DNA of 9,446 bases from Vitrella brassicaformis CCMP3155. Lineage: Eukaryota > Protista > Chromerida. The first letter of the stretch is position 1; the number at the start of each line of letters is the position of its first letter. The DNA lies in contig CDMY01000942.1 in the NCBI GenBank assembly GCA_001179505.1, positions 1 to 9,446 on the forward strand, read 5' to 3'. A program made the translations under genes and the position numbers. Below, piece after piece: positions 8,696-9,446 of the stretch. The notes under the pieces are model-generated. The model worked only from the letters and a program-made list of their open reading frames with translations. It had not been told where the DNA came from and searched no databases.

Positions 8696-8985
8696 GGCGT
8701 CCTCATGAACACACAAGGCATTCATTCGGACGAGGCGAGCAGCACTGCAGGACACCCTGCAGAGACCAGGGCGGCGAGTCCGGCTTACCAAGGTTTCCCT
8801 TGGCTACCCCTGGGTTTCACATGCCCCGTATTTTAGAAGCGCGGGGGAAACGCGCCCGGCCCAACTTCTATCCCGCTGGGCGGCGGCTGGCTGGTTGTGC
8901 TTTTGTGTGTGAGGTGGCGTGCCAAGTATATGTGTTTCGCTTCTTCTACGCCGTTCTCCTTCCACATCGTTCACAATGCATCCAC

Positions 8986-9055
8986 GGATGGATGGATGCA
9001 TGGAGAGTTATTGGATGGACGGAGGCATGCACGCGCATGGTGAGTGATTGAATGA
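8986..9055. repeat. Degenerate (GGAT/GAAT)n low-complexity tract
   Basis: GGATGGATGGATGCATGG...TTGGATGGACGGAGGCATG...GTGAGTGATTGAATGAA. Confidence 0.6.
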
Positions 9056-9167
9056 AGAGGCATGCTCCTTCTGAGCTCGCAGGGCCTCAGGCCCTTTTTC
9101 TCCTTAATATGACGGCTGCTCGGGCCACACTTGCCTGCATCATGCCCAGCTCGAGCAGCTCCCCAGA

Positions 9168-9446
9168 ATGAGTGCCGAATCGACCCCAGTCTCGGCAGAC
9201 TCAGCCCATCCGCCCCCGCCGTCTCAGGAGGGCGTCTCTGCAGTGCAGGGGGATGATGCCTCGCCCTTGCAGCCAGCCGCTGGTCCTGTGCGGTGTTGCC
9301 CATGCAACGAACGCCGGAACAAGACCAATGGATCGAGATGCAAGAGGAAGGGGAAGGTGCTGGGCTGCCCCTGTTTCGAGAAAGGCAAGAAGTGCACCAA
9401 CTGCCATTCCTGTGACCTAGGCATATGCGAGAATCGAGAGCCCGAG
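9168..9446 (+). CDS. 5' part of an ORF (93 codons, open at the window edge): Pro/Ser-rich leader followed by a CXC/tesmin-like Cys cluster
   Basis: The frame starting at ATG 9168 (upstream in-frame TAA at 9105) reads MSAESTPVSADSAHPPPPSQEGVSAVQGDDASPLQPAAGPVRCCPCNERRNKTNGSRCKRKGKVLGCPCFEKGKKCTNCHSCDLGICENREPE, with 10 Cys in 45 codons ending in CxN. It is not in the supplied track because it has no stop in the window. Confidence 0.7.
   Translation, partial: MSAESTPVSADSAHPPPPSQEGVSAVQGDDASPLQPAAGPVRCCPCNERRNKTNGSRCKRKGKVLGCPCFEKGKKCTNCHSCDLGICENREPE

Noticed and set aside
8575-9051. 158-aa plus-strand ORF
   Set aside because: Runs through the CATT microsatellite (HSFIHSFI) and has no domain signal.

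Overview
This is eukaryotic, intron-rich nuclear DNA with short spliceosomal introns (52-88 nt in my models). CATT/GGAT microsatellites and intron style suggest a chromerid/alveolate-like protist, but that is inference only. Manual splicing resolves four coding units that the ORF track fragments or misses. (1) The 3' part of a GH3 beta-glucosidase/exo-glucanase (+, <1-1184, 3 introns, one GC-AG). (2) A 14-exon, probably secreted, bacterial-type FAD-dependent oxidoreductase (PF12831-like, +, 2178-5255). It is otherwise intact but has an in-frame TAG at a conserved acidic position (2819-2821) and a probable TT-for-GT splice donor (4023); one G>T change explains each. (3) A PLOD/LH3-like protein (-, 8455-5991, 3 introns) with an intact glycosyltransferase domain and a lysyl-hydroxylase domain lacking the Fe-binding residues. 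(4) An ORF absent from the track (+, 9168->9446) with a Cys-rich CXC-like motif, possibly the 5' end of a non-LTR retrotransposon. No rRNA, tRNA or CRISPR array was seen. All family assignments rest on motif recognition from memory, not on database searches.
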